Source of the DNA: an uncultured Candidatus Saccharibacteria bacterium
GTDB taxonomy: Bacteria; Patescibacteriota; JABMPQ01; JAQVVF01
Assembly (NCBI GenBank): GCA_964574655.1
Contig: CAZNOH010000002.1
Coordinates: 108,596 to 172,595 of the forward strand
DNA: 64,000 nt
Direction of reading: 5' to 3'
Position 1 is the first letter of the stretch. Each line of letters opens with the position of its first letter. The position numbers were made by a program, and so were the translations under genes. The notes beneath the pieces were generated by a model, which worked only from the letters and a program-made list of their open reading frames with translations, was not told where the DNA came from and made no database searches. Below, piece after piece: positions 44,233 to 53,893 of this stretch.

Positions 44233-46422
44233 ATGAATCAAATCCTAGATCAACTTAATCCAATTCAACGCGAGGCTGTTTTGCATCAAAATGGTCCTCT
44301 TTTAATTTTAGCTGGTGCCGGTTCTGGCAAAACAAAAACACTCACTCATCGCATTGCTTATCTGGTTTCGCAAGGCGTTTCGCCTTACCACATTTTAGCA
44401 GTTACTTTTACCAATAAAGCTGCGCAAGAGATGAAAAGCCGTGTTAGTAAATTAATGCGAGGAATTCAGAATAGAGAAAAGAGAATAGAGAAAAAATTCC
44501 CAATCTTGCCAACCTTGCCTATTGGCCAGGCAGGCAACAGACAAGTTCTCAATTCTCAATTCTCAATTCCGTTTCTTGGCACCTTTCATTCAGTTTGCGT
44601 TAAAATATTGCATCATGAAATTCATCATCTCGGTTATAGCAGAAATTTCAATATTTACGATTCCGAAGACCAGCTGTCGGCAATCAAACAATCAATGCGC
44701 AAATTGAATTATAATACTAACGAAATAAATCCAAGAATTATTCACTCAATAATTTCTAGTGCTAAGAATGACCTTTTAGATTTTAATGATTTGAAGAATA
44801 GATCTAACGAATTTATTGAAGAGGTTGCCGGAGAAACTTATGCCGTTTATCAAGCTTTTTTGAAAGAAAATAATGCTTTAGATTTTGATGATTTGATTAT
44901 GATGACAATCAAAATTTTCCAGAAATTTCCAAAAATATTAGCAAAATATCAAAATCAATTCAAATATATTTTAGTCGATGAATATCAGGATACCAACAAA
45001 GCGCAATATTTATTAATTAATCTTTTATCAAAACGCTATCAAAACATTACTGTTGTTGGTGATGACTGGCAATCAATTTATAGCTGGCGCGGCGCTGATA
45101 TTTCTAATATTTTAAATTTTGAAAAAGATTTTAAAAAAGCAAAAACATTAAAACTAGAACAAAATTATCGTTCTACTCAAAATATTCTGGATGTTGCGCA
45201 TTGCATAATCTCCAAAAATAAAAATAAAAAAAACAAAAAATTATGGACAGATAATGAAAAAGGAGATAAGCCAGTTTTGTTTGAAGCCGAAGACGAACGA
45301 GAAGAAGCAAATTACATAATAAACGAAATAAAAGATTCACAACAGCAATATAACAGATTTGTTGTTTTGTATCGCACCAATGCCCAATCACGATCTTTGG
45401 AAGAAAATTTTTTAAAGCATAACATTCCATACAAAATAATCGGTGGCTTAAAATTTTACGAACGAAAGGAAATCAAAGATATTCTTGCTTATCTTAGAGT
45501 TATCAATTCTTTCAAAGACACAGTTGGATTAAGCCGGATAATCAATACTCCGCCAAGAAGAATTGGCGCTAAAACTTTGGGAGCATTAGAAAAATATGCT
45601 AAACAAAATAAAATTGATTATATCAAAGCTTCAATCGCTTCTGAAAATATCTCAGGAGTATCAGCTCAAACCAAAAATAATCTCAACCAATTTGGCTTGA
45701 TTATGGAATATTTGAATAAGAAATCAAAAACAATTAACCTAACTTCTTTAATTGACCTATTATTAGCAAAAATAAATTACAAAGAATTTATTTTAGATGG
45801 AACAGAAGAAGGGGAATATCGTTGGGAGAATGTTCAAGAATTAAAAACTGTTGCTTCAAAATTTGATAAAAACACAGAAGGCTTGTCCAAATTTCTAGAA
45901 GAAGTTGCGCTAGTTTCAGATACAGATGAAGTTAATGACAAAAACAATGCTGTCACTTTAATGACTATGCATGCTACAAAAGGACTGGAATTTAGTAATG
46001 TTTTTATTGTCGGATTAGAAGAAAATCTTTTTCCTCATTCAAGAGCTTTAGCATCGCAAGAAGAGCTTGAAGAGGAGAGAAGATTGTGTTATGTTGCTAT
46101 GACCCGTGCCAAAGAAAAATTATACCTAACTTTTGCTAGAACGCGCGAGATTTATGGTCAAATGCAATCCAATCCGCAATCTCGTTTTATTGAGGATATT
46201 CCCAAAAAAAATCTTAATAGCCATTCAAAAAGTTTTAATGCAAAAACAATTTATCAAGACAATAAAAAAGATTGTGAATTTAAGTCCGGAGACAAGGTCA
46301 GGCATTCGCAATTTGGCAAAGGATTAGTTATTGGCTTTTCCGAAGATTTGATAACAGTAATATTCGAAAAAATTGGAATAAAGAAACTTGCACTTGAATA
46401 TGCCAAGTTGAAAAAATTTTGA
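44233..46422 (+). CDS. pcrA: PcrA/UvrD SF1A helicase with an in-frame insertion
   Basis: AGAGSGKT, TFTNKAA, DEYQD, GDDWQSIY, QNYRS, HATKGLEF, EERRLCYVAMTRA; C-terminal Tudor-like domain. Confidence 0.95.
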   Translation: MNQILDQLNPIQREAVLHQNGPLLILAGAGSGKTKTLTHRIAYLVSQGVSPYHILAVTFTNKAAQEMKSRVSKLMRGIQNREKRIEKKFPILPTLPIGQAGNRQVLNSQFSIPFLGTFHSVCVKILHHEIHHLGYSRNFNIYDSEDQLSAIKQSMRKLNYNTNEINPRIIHSIISSAKNDLLDFNDLKNRSNEFIEEVAGETYAVYQAFLKENNALDFDDLIMMTIKIFQKFPKILAKYQNQFKYILVDEYQDTNKAQYLLINLLSKRYQNITVVGDDWQSIYSWRGADISNILNFEKDFKKAKTLKLEQNYRSTQNILDVAHCIISKNKNKKNKKLWTDNEKGDKPVLFEAEDEREEANYIINEIKDSQQQYNRFVVLYRTNAQSRSLEENFLKHNIPYKIIGGLKFYERKEIKDILAYLRVINSFKDTVGLSRIINTPPRRIGAKTLGALEKYAKQNKIDYIKASIASENISGVSAQTKNNLNQFGLIMEYLNKKSKTINLTSLIDLLLAKINYKEFILDGTEEGEYRWENVQELKTVASKFDKNTEGLSKFLEEVALVSDTDEVNDKNNAVTLMTMHATKGLEFSNVFIVGLEENLFPHSRALASQEELEEERRLCYVAMTRAKEKLYLTFARTREIYGQMQSNPQSRFIEDIPKKNLNSHSKSFNAKTIYQDNKKDCEFKSGDKVRHSQFGKGLVIGFSEDLITVIFEKIGIKKLALEYAKLKKF
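44461..44570. repeat. Periodic palindrome inserted in frame in pcrA, with a nested GC-rich hairpin
   Basis: GGAATTCAGAATAGAGAAAAGAGAA ... TTCTCAATTCTCAATTCTCAATTCC; inner TTGCCT-ATTGGCC-AGGCAG. Confidence 0.8.
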
Positions 46423-46425
46423 ATA

Positions 46426-46513
46426 TTCTACCTGGCTTTAGCCAAGGGGTTAAAGGACTTTAGTCCTCGTTGGAGCTAAAGCTCCACGACCCTTCGGCTA
46501 AAGCCGAGTAGAA
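46426..46513. repeat. Composite REP-like element of four mini-hairpins
   Basis: TTCTAC..TGGCTTTAGCCA..AGGACTTTAGTCCT..TGGAGCTAAAGCTCCA..TCGGCTAAAGCCGA-GTAGAA. Confidence 0.8.
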
Positions 46514-46524
46514 AAATTTACATT

Positions 46525-47310
46525 ATGTTTCCCAACAAATTTCTCGGACAAAATTTTTTAGAAAATGAAGAAGTCGTTGACAAGATATTATCAGTCGCTG
46601 ATTTGTCATCTCAAGATACTGTATTGGAAGTTGGTCCAGGACAAGGCGCGATTACAGAAAAGTTATGCCCAAAAGTTAAACAAGTTATCGCAATAGAAAA
46701 AGATAAAGAATTAGTTGAATATTTACAAAACAAATTTAAAAGCACAAAAAACCTAAAAATTATCGCAGGCGATATTTTACAACAGCAATATTCAATATTT
46801 AATATTAAAGATTATAAGATAATATCGAACTTGCCATTTTATCTTACCTCGCGTTTTTTACGAATATTTCTTGAATTAGAAAACAAGCCAACCATGATGG
46901 TTTTAATAATTCAAAAAGAAGTTGCTCAGAGAATCTGCGACGAAGCTCCGCAGGCTAGTCTTCTTTCAAATTCTGTCCAATTCTATGCCAAGCCAGAAAT
47001 TATCGCTTTTGTATCAAAGAAAAATTTTAATCCAGCTCCAGAAGTTGATACTGCAATTATAAAAATAAATGTTTTACAAGAGCCGAGAATAAAAGTTGAC
47101 GATGTAAATAAATTTTTTAAAATATTAAAAATTGGCTTTTCTCAAAAGAGAAAACAACTTCATAACAATTTTTCTTCAGGTCTGCATATTAGCAAAGAAG
47201 AAACAAAAGAATTATTGCAAAAAGCAGGCATTGATTCAGAAAGAAGAGCTCAAACATTGAGTTTAGAAGAGTGGGCAAAATTATATCGAATATTGAATAT
47301 TAAAGATTAA
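46525..47310 (+). CDS. rsmA: 16S rRNA dimethyladenosine transferase
   Basis: LGQNFL, VLEVGPGQG, IEKD, SNLPF, QKEVA, FSQKRKQL. Confidence 0.95.
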   Translation: MFPNKFLGQNFLENEEVVDKILSVADLSSQDTVLEVGPGQGAITEKLCPKVKQVIAIEKDKELVEYLQNKFKSTKNLKIIAGDILQQQYSIFNIKDYKIISNLPFYLTSRFLRIFLELENKPTMMVLIIQKEVAQRICDEAPQASLLSNSVQFYAKPEIIAFVSKKNFNPAPEVDTAIIKINVLQEPRIKVDDVNKFFKILKIGFSQKRKQLHNNFSSGLHISKEETKELLQKAGIDSERRAQTLSLEEWAKLYRILNIKD

Positions 47311-47414
47311 ATATTATAGTTATACACACCTATCAAAAATCAAAGTAATTATTAATCTATTTAGGCTTTAACAAGGAAAAATAACTAATATTCAATATTA
47401 AATATTCAGTATTC
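47288..47414. repeat. Periodic palindrome, AATATTN class; encodes the rsmA C-terminus and stop
   Basis: GAATATTGAATATTAAAGATTAAATATTA versus TAATATTCAATATTAAATATTCAGTATTC. Confidence 0.7.
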
Positions 47415-47420
47415 TCGTCT

Positions 47421-47449
47421 TTGACACAAATTGGTAAAATTGGTATTAT
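47421..47449 (+). promoter_or_regulatory. sigma70 promoter heading the T4SS-like locus
   Basis: TTGACA-N17-TATTAT with extended -10 TG. Confidence 0.7.
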
Positions 47450-47485
47450 TAAGCCAAGCAAAAAAATCTTTAAAACAAAAAACAA

Positions 47486-48529
47486 ATGGCAAAAAGAAAG
47501 TTCAAGCTATTTCTGCTTGTTATTTCCGGCCTGTTTATCTTTGGCGTAGGCTATATTTTTGCGCAAAAATATCAAAACAATGATTCAAGTTCTCAGAGCT
47601 CTATTTTCCAATCCAGTCTTGATTCAGATGACGATGGAATAATTGATGATCAAGAAAGAAAGCTTGGCACCAATCCTTATCTGGCTGATTCAGATACAGA
47701 TGGCTTTACTGACAAACAAGAGATGGACACAAAACATGACCCAAACAAAGCCGAATCAAAAGATTTAATTGATCAAGATAATGATGGCTTGATAGGCAGT
47801 GATGAAGAAAAATATGGCACTGATCAAAATAGCGCTGATACTGATTTCGATGGCTATGCTGATGGCGAAGAAATTGCCAATGGATTTGATCCAACAGTTG
47901 CCAACTTATCAAATATCAAAGCTTTGCTTAGCCAAATTCCAGATGACAAAAAACAAGAAGCAAAGGATATTACTGGTGTCGATTTTACATCTAGCTCGTC
48001 AGTTGATTCCTTAGAAGGAGTTTTAAATTCAGAGCAAGCCGGGGAATTACAAAAATACGTTGATCAAATAGTGAGCTCCACTAATCAGGAATTAACTCTA
48101 GTAGAAGTGCCAGATTCTGAAATAAAAATATCCGAAGAGTCTGCTAATACTTCAAGCAAGAATAGCTATTTTGAATCTTTCAATAATATTACAAAACAAA
48201 ACTTAAATTTCATAATTGATCCAAATATTCAAGATGAGATGATTGCTGAATATGGTGATATAGAGACTGCTAATCAAATTTCGCAATCTTTTGAAAAAAC
48301 AGCCAATGAATTAGAAAAAGTTGCAGTTCCAAATGATTCAGAGTTCATTGCTGTCCACAAAAAAACAATTTCTGTTTTCAAAACTTTATCTCAAAAATAT
48401 GATATTCTTGCCAATTCTCAGAACAATAATATGTCAACTCTTTCTCAGGCCTTGAGAGACATTTTGTCTTTAAATAAAATTTTATATGAAGATATTTTTG
48501 TTAAAATAAAAGAATTATCAAACTATTAA
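47486..48529 (+). CDS. Membrane-anchored protein with thrombospondin-type-3-like Ca-binding repeats
   Basis: DSDDDG, DSDTDG, DQDNDG and DTDFDG repeats after an N-terminal TM. Confidence 0.75.
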   Translation: MAKRKFKLFLLVISGLFIFGVGYIFAQKYQNNDSSSQSSIFQSSLDSDDDGIIDDQERKLGTNPYLADSDTDGFTDKQEMDTKHDPNKAESKDLIDQDNDGLIGSDEEKYGTDQNSADTDFDGYADGEEIANGFDPTVANLSNIKALLSQIPDDKKQEAKDITGVDFTSSSSVDSLEGVLNSEQAGELQKYVDQIVSSTNQELTLVEVPDSEIKISEESANTSSKNSYFESFNNITKQNLNFIIDPNIQDEMIAEYGDIETANQISQSFEKTANELEKVAVPNDSEFIAVHKKTISVFKTLSQKYDILANSQNNNMSTLSQALRDILSLNKILYEDIFVKIKELSNY

Positions 48530-49371
48530 TGTTAAAAAAGCTTTCCGTATTATTTTTAATCTTAGCACTATTCATTACCTACAATGCTACTCTTTTAACT
48601 GTAAAAAAAGCCGATGCAATCCCAGTCACAGTCCTTGCTGACGTTCCAAGAGATACGGTTGATCGTATTGGAATTACATTATGGAAAATGATTGGTTATC
48701 CTCTTTTGAGAGATCAGGTGATTAATTTTGTTACAACTGGTGATTTTAAGATGAGCTGGAGCAGTGTTAAATATTGGCTTATTCATGATCTCGCTTTTCA
48801 GACTGCCAATCTTATTTTGAAAGATTACATTGGCTTTGATCTTTGTACAACAATTAGTGGAGACATTATTTTTGCTCTTGGGCAAATGTATGCTCCCAAC
48901 TATCCAGGGCCTGATTGTACATTCGACCAAAGTCAGCTTGCTCAAACCGCTGAAAAATTATTTACCGGAGATTCAGATCAAGCTTGGCAAGACGTAAAAA
49001 ATTATTATTATCAAAATTTTCACATGAGCCTTTATGGCGAGGCTAATCAATTTGGCACGTGGTTCAAAATTCGTGATAACATTGATACCCAAATTAACCA
49101 AAAACAGCAGAATTTTCGTTTTGAAATGCTAATCAATGATGGATTCTTAGGCAATTATGATTGCGCAGGTGTTCCAGAAAGTCAGCGTCCAGACAATTGC
49201 CGTCTTCTGACACCAGGAATGATTGTTGCTGATGTAGTCAAAACTAGCATCAGTGCCCCGATGGATTCAGCTCTAAAGGCTCAGATGATCAATGACGTGG
49301 CCGCTTTAGCTGGAGTTGTTGTAGATATGCTAAAAAATAAGTTTATTTATTCTGTTTATGAAAAAATGTAA
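48529..49371 (+). CDS. Secreted hypothetical protein of the T4SS-like locus
   Basis: Signal peptide ending ADA; coupled to the upstream gene by TAATG; Cys pairs. Confidence 0.65.
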   Translation: MLKKLSVLFLILALFITYNATLLTVKKADAIPVTVLADVPRDTVDRIGITLWKMIGYPLLRDQVINFVTTGDFKMSWSSVKYWLIHDLAFQTANLILKDYIGFDLCTTISGDIIFALGQMYAPNYPGPDCTFDQSQLAQTAEKLFTGDSDQAWQDVKNYYYQNFHMSLYGEANQFGTWFKIRDNIDTQINQKQQNFRFEMLINDGFLGNYDCAGVPESQRPDNCRLLTPGMIVADVVKTSISAPMDSALKAQMINDVAALAGVVVDMLKNKFIYSVYEKM

Positions 49372-49455
49372 AATTTAAAGATAGTTTTATTAGATTCCTG
49401 CGTCTTAAACGCTCACATTTCTAACGCAGAATCAAAAATTATCATAACAAAATTT

Positions 49456-51846
49456 TTGACGCAAAATATTACGCAGAAATACGTTGAAAAAAATAGCCAT
49501 ATCAATTTGTTAAAAAATAAAGCAAAAATTAAAAAAATACTAATTATTGCAATCTCGCTTGCTTTGATTTTAATACCAACTATTTTTGTTTTTGCGCAAG
49601 GAGCTAGCACACCAACTCCTGAGGGAGCTGGAGCTATCGGAGGAGGTGTTTTGTGGTTGGTGAATTTAATTGTTGGTGGCCTTTGCTACATTTCCGTGGC
49701 AGTGATTTCCTTATTCTTATGGTTGATTGGTACAATCTTTGATTGGATTATTGGTGGCACAACAATAAATGCCAGCGCCATGAATGAAATCGTCACAGCC
49801 GGCTGGGTTATTGTTCGAGACATTCTTAACATTATTTTTGTTCTAGCATTATTAGGAATTGCTTTTGCTACAATCCTAAGAATTGAGTCGTATCATTTTA
49901 AGGCTTTATTGCCAAAATTATTAGTCGCTGCCTTATTAGTTAATTTCAGCAAGACAATTGCTTTAACATTGGTTGATTTTTCAAACGCCATCATGAGCGG
50001 CATAATGGGAACGCAAAATGGCGCCACAGCTTCTGCTTCGCTTTTAGCCTTATTTAATATTTCGAACTTTTTTGAGCTAAGCGCCGTTTTAGGCAAACAG
50101 CTGACTGTATCAAGCACTGAGCCTGCAGTATTGGCAACAAACGTCGCAATTGTAATGTTTTTGGCTATGTTCACGATGGCTTTGGCAGGATTAGCAGTCT
50201 TATTAGTTATCCGTACTGTTGTTTTAATGATTTTAACAGTTTTCTCGCCAGTTGCTTTTGTTTTAAATGTATTGCCAGTAACACAAAAATACGCTTCAAA
50301 ATGGTGGGAAGAATTTACAAAATATTTATTTGTTGGACCAGTAGTTTGTATTTGTTACCTTTTAGCTTTACTTTTTGCTGTCAAATTCTCGCAAGGTGGC
50401 GGTATGCAGGGTCTTAGTAACAATCTCACCTCGCAAGCTTCAAGCAATGTTGGCATGTCTGCAGGCACTATCGGTCAATTTTTTGGTCTAGCCATTGCTT
50501 GTGGAATTATGTTTGTCGGATTTACTTTTGCCAAAGAAGCTGCCGGCGGTCTTGCTGGAGCAGCGATGGGATTAGTGAAAAAGGGATTGTTAGGAGCCGG
50601 TGCCTTGGCTGGTGGATTTGCTTGGAGAAAAGGAAATGAGTCGTTGGCTAGCGGTTCAAAAGGCGCGCTAGGCAGGCTTACTTCTTTAATTGGACAAAAA
50701 GTCTTCAGACGTTCGGCAGAAAAATCTGACAAGTTTGCTGATAATACAAAATTATTAAGTCCAACAGTGCTTGCTGGAATGTGGAAAGAAAGACAAGCTA
50801 TCAGAACATCTAGAGCTATGTCAGGCGCAGCTGGTTTTGCTCATAGCAAATTTAATAAGATTACTAATCGGCTATGGGGTATGGGCGAAGATACAGCTGA
50901 TTATGAACGCCGAGGCCAGCTTGAATCTGTTGATCATCATATGGCAGAAGGAAAGAAATATGGCAAGGGTAATCATTCATATTATCGAAAAGAGCAACGC
51001 GAGGCTTTAGAAAGCAAAGATTACGACAAGGCAGAAGCCATGGACAATTTACTTGCCCAAGATGGCAATATAAATGAAGCGCATAGAGAAGAGGAATTGG
51101 GTAGCAATGTTTCTAACTTTGAATATGATGAAAATGGGGATCCAATAAAAGATTCTGCAGGAAATGCAATTAAAATTCCAGAGAGACAAATTGGAAAAGA
51201 TGCAAGTGGAAAACCAATTATGGTCGGTGGCAATGTTCGAAGCTTTAATAAGGAAGCCTATATAGATCGTTTGATTACCACTTTTGGCAAAAAGAGAGGT
51301 ATTGAAATTATGGCTGGTCAAAACGAGAGTCATCGAAGAAATGGCAACTGGGCTTTTGCCGAAATTGTCGATGTAGATGAAAAAGGGGAATTAAAAATAA
51401 ATGCAAAACAAGCAGACAATTCTGCTGGAGAATGGAATAAAAAAGCAGGCCGGCAAGGTTTGGATGGACAAAGATTTCCACTGTTCAAGGAAAGCTATGG
51501 CACCGATGGCAGTGTAGTTGATGTCCAAGTTGATCCAGTGCTTATAGCAAAAATCAAAAATTCTGGTATTGGCGAAGACTGGACAAAGAATATCGGTTTT
51601 GCGCCTGATGCCAACAAGAGAATGCTAAATCAATTTAGAGGAAAATTGTACAAACAAATACAAGATACTGCCATGCCTCAGTCACATAAGGATTCCGCCG
51701 TAAAAATGATTCAAGCGGCAGTAAAAGCAACCGGCGGGGCAGGAAAGGCTGTCCATTATAAAGGAGTTAAAATGACTTCTGATGAGCTAGATGCCGAAAT
51801 TGATTTTGATGCAATTCTACCTCCAACGCCACCTCCAACGCCTTAA
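49456..51846 (+). CDS. VirB6/TrbL-like polytopic membrane protein with large C-terminal domain (start uncertain)
   Basis: GWVIVRDILN...LLVNFS...SPVAFVLNVLP...KWW pattern followed by a Gly/Ala-rich linker. Confidence 0.75.
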   Translation: MTQNITQKYVEKNSHINLLKNKAKIKKILIIAISLALILIPTIFVFAQGASTPTPEGAGAIGGGVLWLVNLIVGGLCYISVAVISLFLWLIGTIFDWIIGGTTINASAMNEIVTAGWVIVRDILNIIFVLALLGIAFATILRIESYHFKALLPKLLVAALLVNFSKTIALTLVDFSNAIMSGIMGTQNGATASASLLALFNISNFFELSAVLGKQLTVSSTEPAVLATNVAIVMFLAMFTMALAGLAVLLVIRTVVLMILTVFSPVAFVLNVLPVTQKYASKWWEEFTKYLFVGPVVCICYLLALLFAVKFSQGGGMQGLSNNLTSQASSNVGMSAGTIGQFFGLAIACGIMFVGFTFAKEAAGGLAGAAMGLVKKGLLGAGALAGGFAWRKGNESLASGSKGALGRLTSLIGQKVFRRSAEKSDKFADNTKLLSPTVLAGMWKERQAIRTSRAMSGAAGFAHSKFNKITNRLWGMGEDTADYERRGQLESVDHHMAEGKKYGKGNHSYYRKEQREALESKDYDKAEAMDNLLAQDGNINEAHREEELGSNVSNFEYDENGDPIKDSAGNAIKIPERQIGKDASGKPIMVGGNVRSFNKEAYIDRLITTFGKKRGIEIMAGQNESHRRNGNWAFAEIVDVDEKGELKINAKQADNSAGEWNKKAGRQGLDGQRFPLFKESYGTDGSVVDVQVDPVLIAKIKNSGIGEDWTKNIGFAPDANKRMLNQFRGKLYKQIQDTAMPQSHKDSAVKMIQAAVKATGGAGKAVHYKGVKMTSDELDAEIDFDAILPPTPPPTP

Positions 51847-51870
51847 TATTTAGTAATTTCTCTGACCAAA

Positions 51871-53286
51871 ATGTTAAAAATAGACCCAAACAATTTAAAA
51901 AATCCACAAGAATTTGAAAAAATATCCAAAGAAGCGCAGGAGTGCGATCATTTTAATTATGTTGGTGAATATGGAGTGAGATCTTATCAAACAATGTTAG
52001 CAATTGACGAAGCTCTAGAAAAAAATCCTCAATTCAAAAATGAAGACCAAGAACTATACAAAAAATATTGCGATCTTAGTCTTTATCTAAAATTTCATAA
52101 TTTAGAACGCTTACCAGAAGATAATAATGTTTTAGAATTACTAGAAAAAAATTTTTGTGATGCTTTAAAGAAAAATCTTAATTTAGAAGAATGGCTCAGA
52201 GCAAAAGTAATGATGATCGGTCTTCCTTTTCGAAATGAATTTCTCGAAAAGACACTTTCTGCCATCAAAAAAAATCTGCAAAAAATTGGCACAAAAAACA
52301 TTATAATTAGCAATAAAGAAGTAGAACCAACTATTCAAAATTGGATCAAAGATTATGAATATACTTCTGAGCCAGGCATTCACTCTTTGCTTGAACGCAA
52401 TGACTATTTTATCCATTCTAAAAACGTTAGAAATTTAAATGAAGATGAAAAAAAGCAAATCAAAATGCTTTTGCAACTTTATGATAAATTACATCTGAAA
52501 GTAACTGATATTGGAGGCTTGGGGAGCTATCCGCCGTCAATGTACGGCATTGATCTAAAAAAGCCAGTTGCAGTCGAAGATTTTACTACTAAAGAATTAC
52601 AAAAAGTTAACAAATCAGTTCAGGAATCAGCCGGAACTGTTCATCCCATTCCTTTTCCAACTTCAAAAACAGAAAAACGAGAAAAAATGCTAGCTGAAAA
52701 CAAAAAAGAAGCTGAAAAAGCAATGCAAGGCGCTGTTGATATAAAAAAGCTAGAAGCACAAGAGCCAGGAAATAAATTTATCACGTCTTTGAAAAAAATT
52801 GGCAAACCAAGAAAAAAAAATGAAAAAATAAAAACAGCAGAAACAAAAGTAATTAAAGCAGTGCCTGAAAAAGAAGTTGTTGAGGAAATTTCAAAACCAG
52901 AAACAGAGCTACCAAATCCTCCTAAAAAAGTTTTTCATAAAGAACACAAAGTTTTAACATCCTCAAAGCCAGTTTCAGCAGAAATCAGCAAAATTAAAAA
53001 TATAAATTTGCTAGAATTCAAAAAACTTGGCGCAACAGCAAAACAAGCTGCTCAAGTTTTGCTTAACAATATCCGCGAAGTTGCGAAAACTCATGATGAG
53101 CGAAAAGCAGCGCAAGAAAATTTTATGAAAAGTCCTTTATTCAAATTATACGAAGCAATCGCAAATCAAAGCACATCAGAAAAGAAATCAGTCAGTCAGA
53201 TAGCAGAGGATAGAAAAAAACAAGGAACAGAGTTTCTTACTGAAGACGAATATATTGCGGTTAAAAGCATCAGTAAGCTAATTTAA
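51871..53286 (+). CDS. Cytoplasmic hypothetical protein of the T4SS-like locus
   Basis: 471-aa ORF; PTIQNWIKDY domain, Lys/Glu-rich linker, helical C-terminal domain. Confidence 0.65.
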   Translation: MLKIDPNNLKNPQEFEKISKEAQECDHFNYVGEYGVRSYQTMLAIDEALEKNPQFKNEDQELYKKYCDLSLYLKFHNLERLPEDNNVLELLEKNFCDALKKNLNLEEWLRAKVMMIGLPFRNEFLEKTLSAIKKNLQKIGTKNIIISNKEVEPTIQNWIKDYEYTSEPGIHSLLERNDYFIHSKNVRNLNEDEKKQIKMLLQLYDKLHLKVTDIGGLGSYPPSMYGIDLKKPVAVEDFTTKELQKVNKSVQESAGTVHPIPFPTSKTEKREKMLAENKKEAEKAMQGAVDIKKLEAQEPGNKFITSLKKIGKPRKKNEKIKTAETKVIKAVPEKEVVEEISKPETELPNPPKKVFHKEHKVLTSSKPVSAEISKIKNINLLEFKKLGATAKQAAQVLLNNIREVAKTHDERKAAQENFMKSPLFKLYEAIANQSTSEKKSVSQIAEDRKKQGTEFLTEDEYIAVKSISKLI

Positions 53287-53453
53287 AATTTCGAATTTTA
53301 AATTTTAAATAAATTTCGAAATAAGAATTTTAAAATTCGTTGCAGAGTTTTAAGCTACTGGTTCTGCATAAAATGGTAAAGAAGCAAGTAGTAGTCATTA
53401 GAAATTAAAGAATTTAAAATTTATTTTAAATTTGAAATTATAAATTTGAAATT
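53286..53453. repeat. Long periodic palindrome, TAAATTT class (empty sibling of the loaded copy)
   Basis: First 31 nt are identical to 53898-53928. Confidence 0.85.
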
Positions 53454-53458
53454 AACGT

Positions 53459-53893
53459 ATGCAATACCCAATTCCACAATTTGTTGAAATAGAGGACCAG
53501 ATTATTGGCCCGCTCACTCTCAAACAGTTTTTCTTTTTGCTTGGTGGTGGAATATTTCTATTGATTTCCTGGTCTTTTGTTGATCTCGCATTATTTATTT
53601 TTTTAGCAGTTATCGTTGGTTTCATAGTCGTGCCATTGGCTTTTGTCAAGCCATACGGACGTCCGTTGACAAATTATCTTTCCGCAGTTTTTAAATATAT
53701 ACTTGGCCCAAAGATACTAGTCTGGCACAAAAGTAGCAGAGCTCCAAGAGTAAAAGCTTATGATCTTGCAAATAAAAAGAAAGGTCCTGAAAAAATTACA
53801 ATCGGCGAAAAAAAGTATACACCGAGCAGTATTCACCGATTGGCAAGGCAATTAGATTTTAAGACAGTAATGAGCGAAGACGAAAAGAAGTAA
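53459..53893 (+). CDS. prgI: PrgI-family (VirB3-like) protein
   Basis: MQYPIPQFVEIEDQIIGPLTLKQF, two TMs, GRP. Confidence 0.85.
   Translation: MQYPIPQFVEIEDQIIGPLTLKQFFFLLGGGIFLLISWSFVDLALFIFLAVIVGFIVVPLAFVKPYGRPLTNYLSAVFKYILGPKILVWHKSSRAPRVKAYDLANKKKGPEKITIGEKKYTPSSIHRLARQLDFKTVMSEDEKK

Noticed and set aside
49393-49490. ACGCAGAA-type repeats before the VirB6-like gene as another complete element
   Set aside because: Only a short hairpin and three degenerate units are present, too decayed to call. They do make the 49456 start uncertain.
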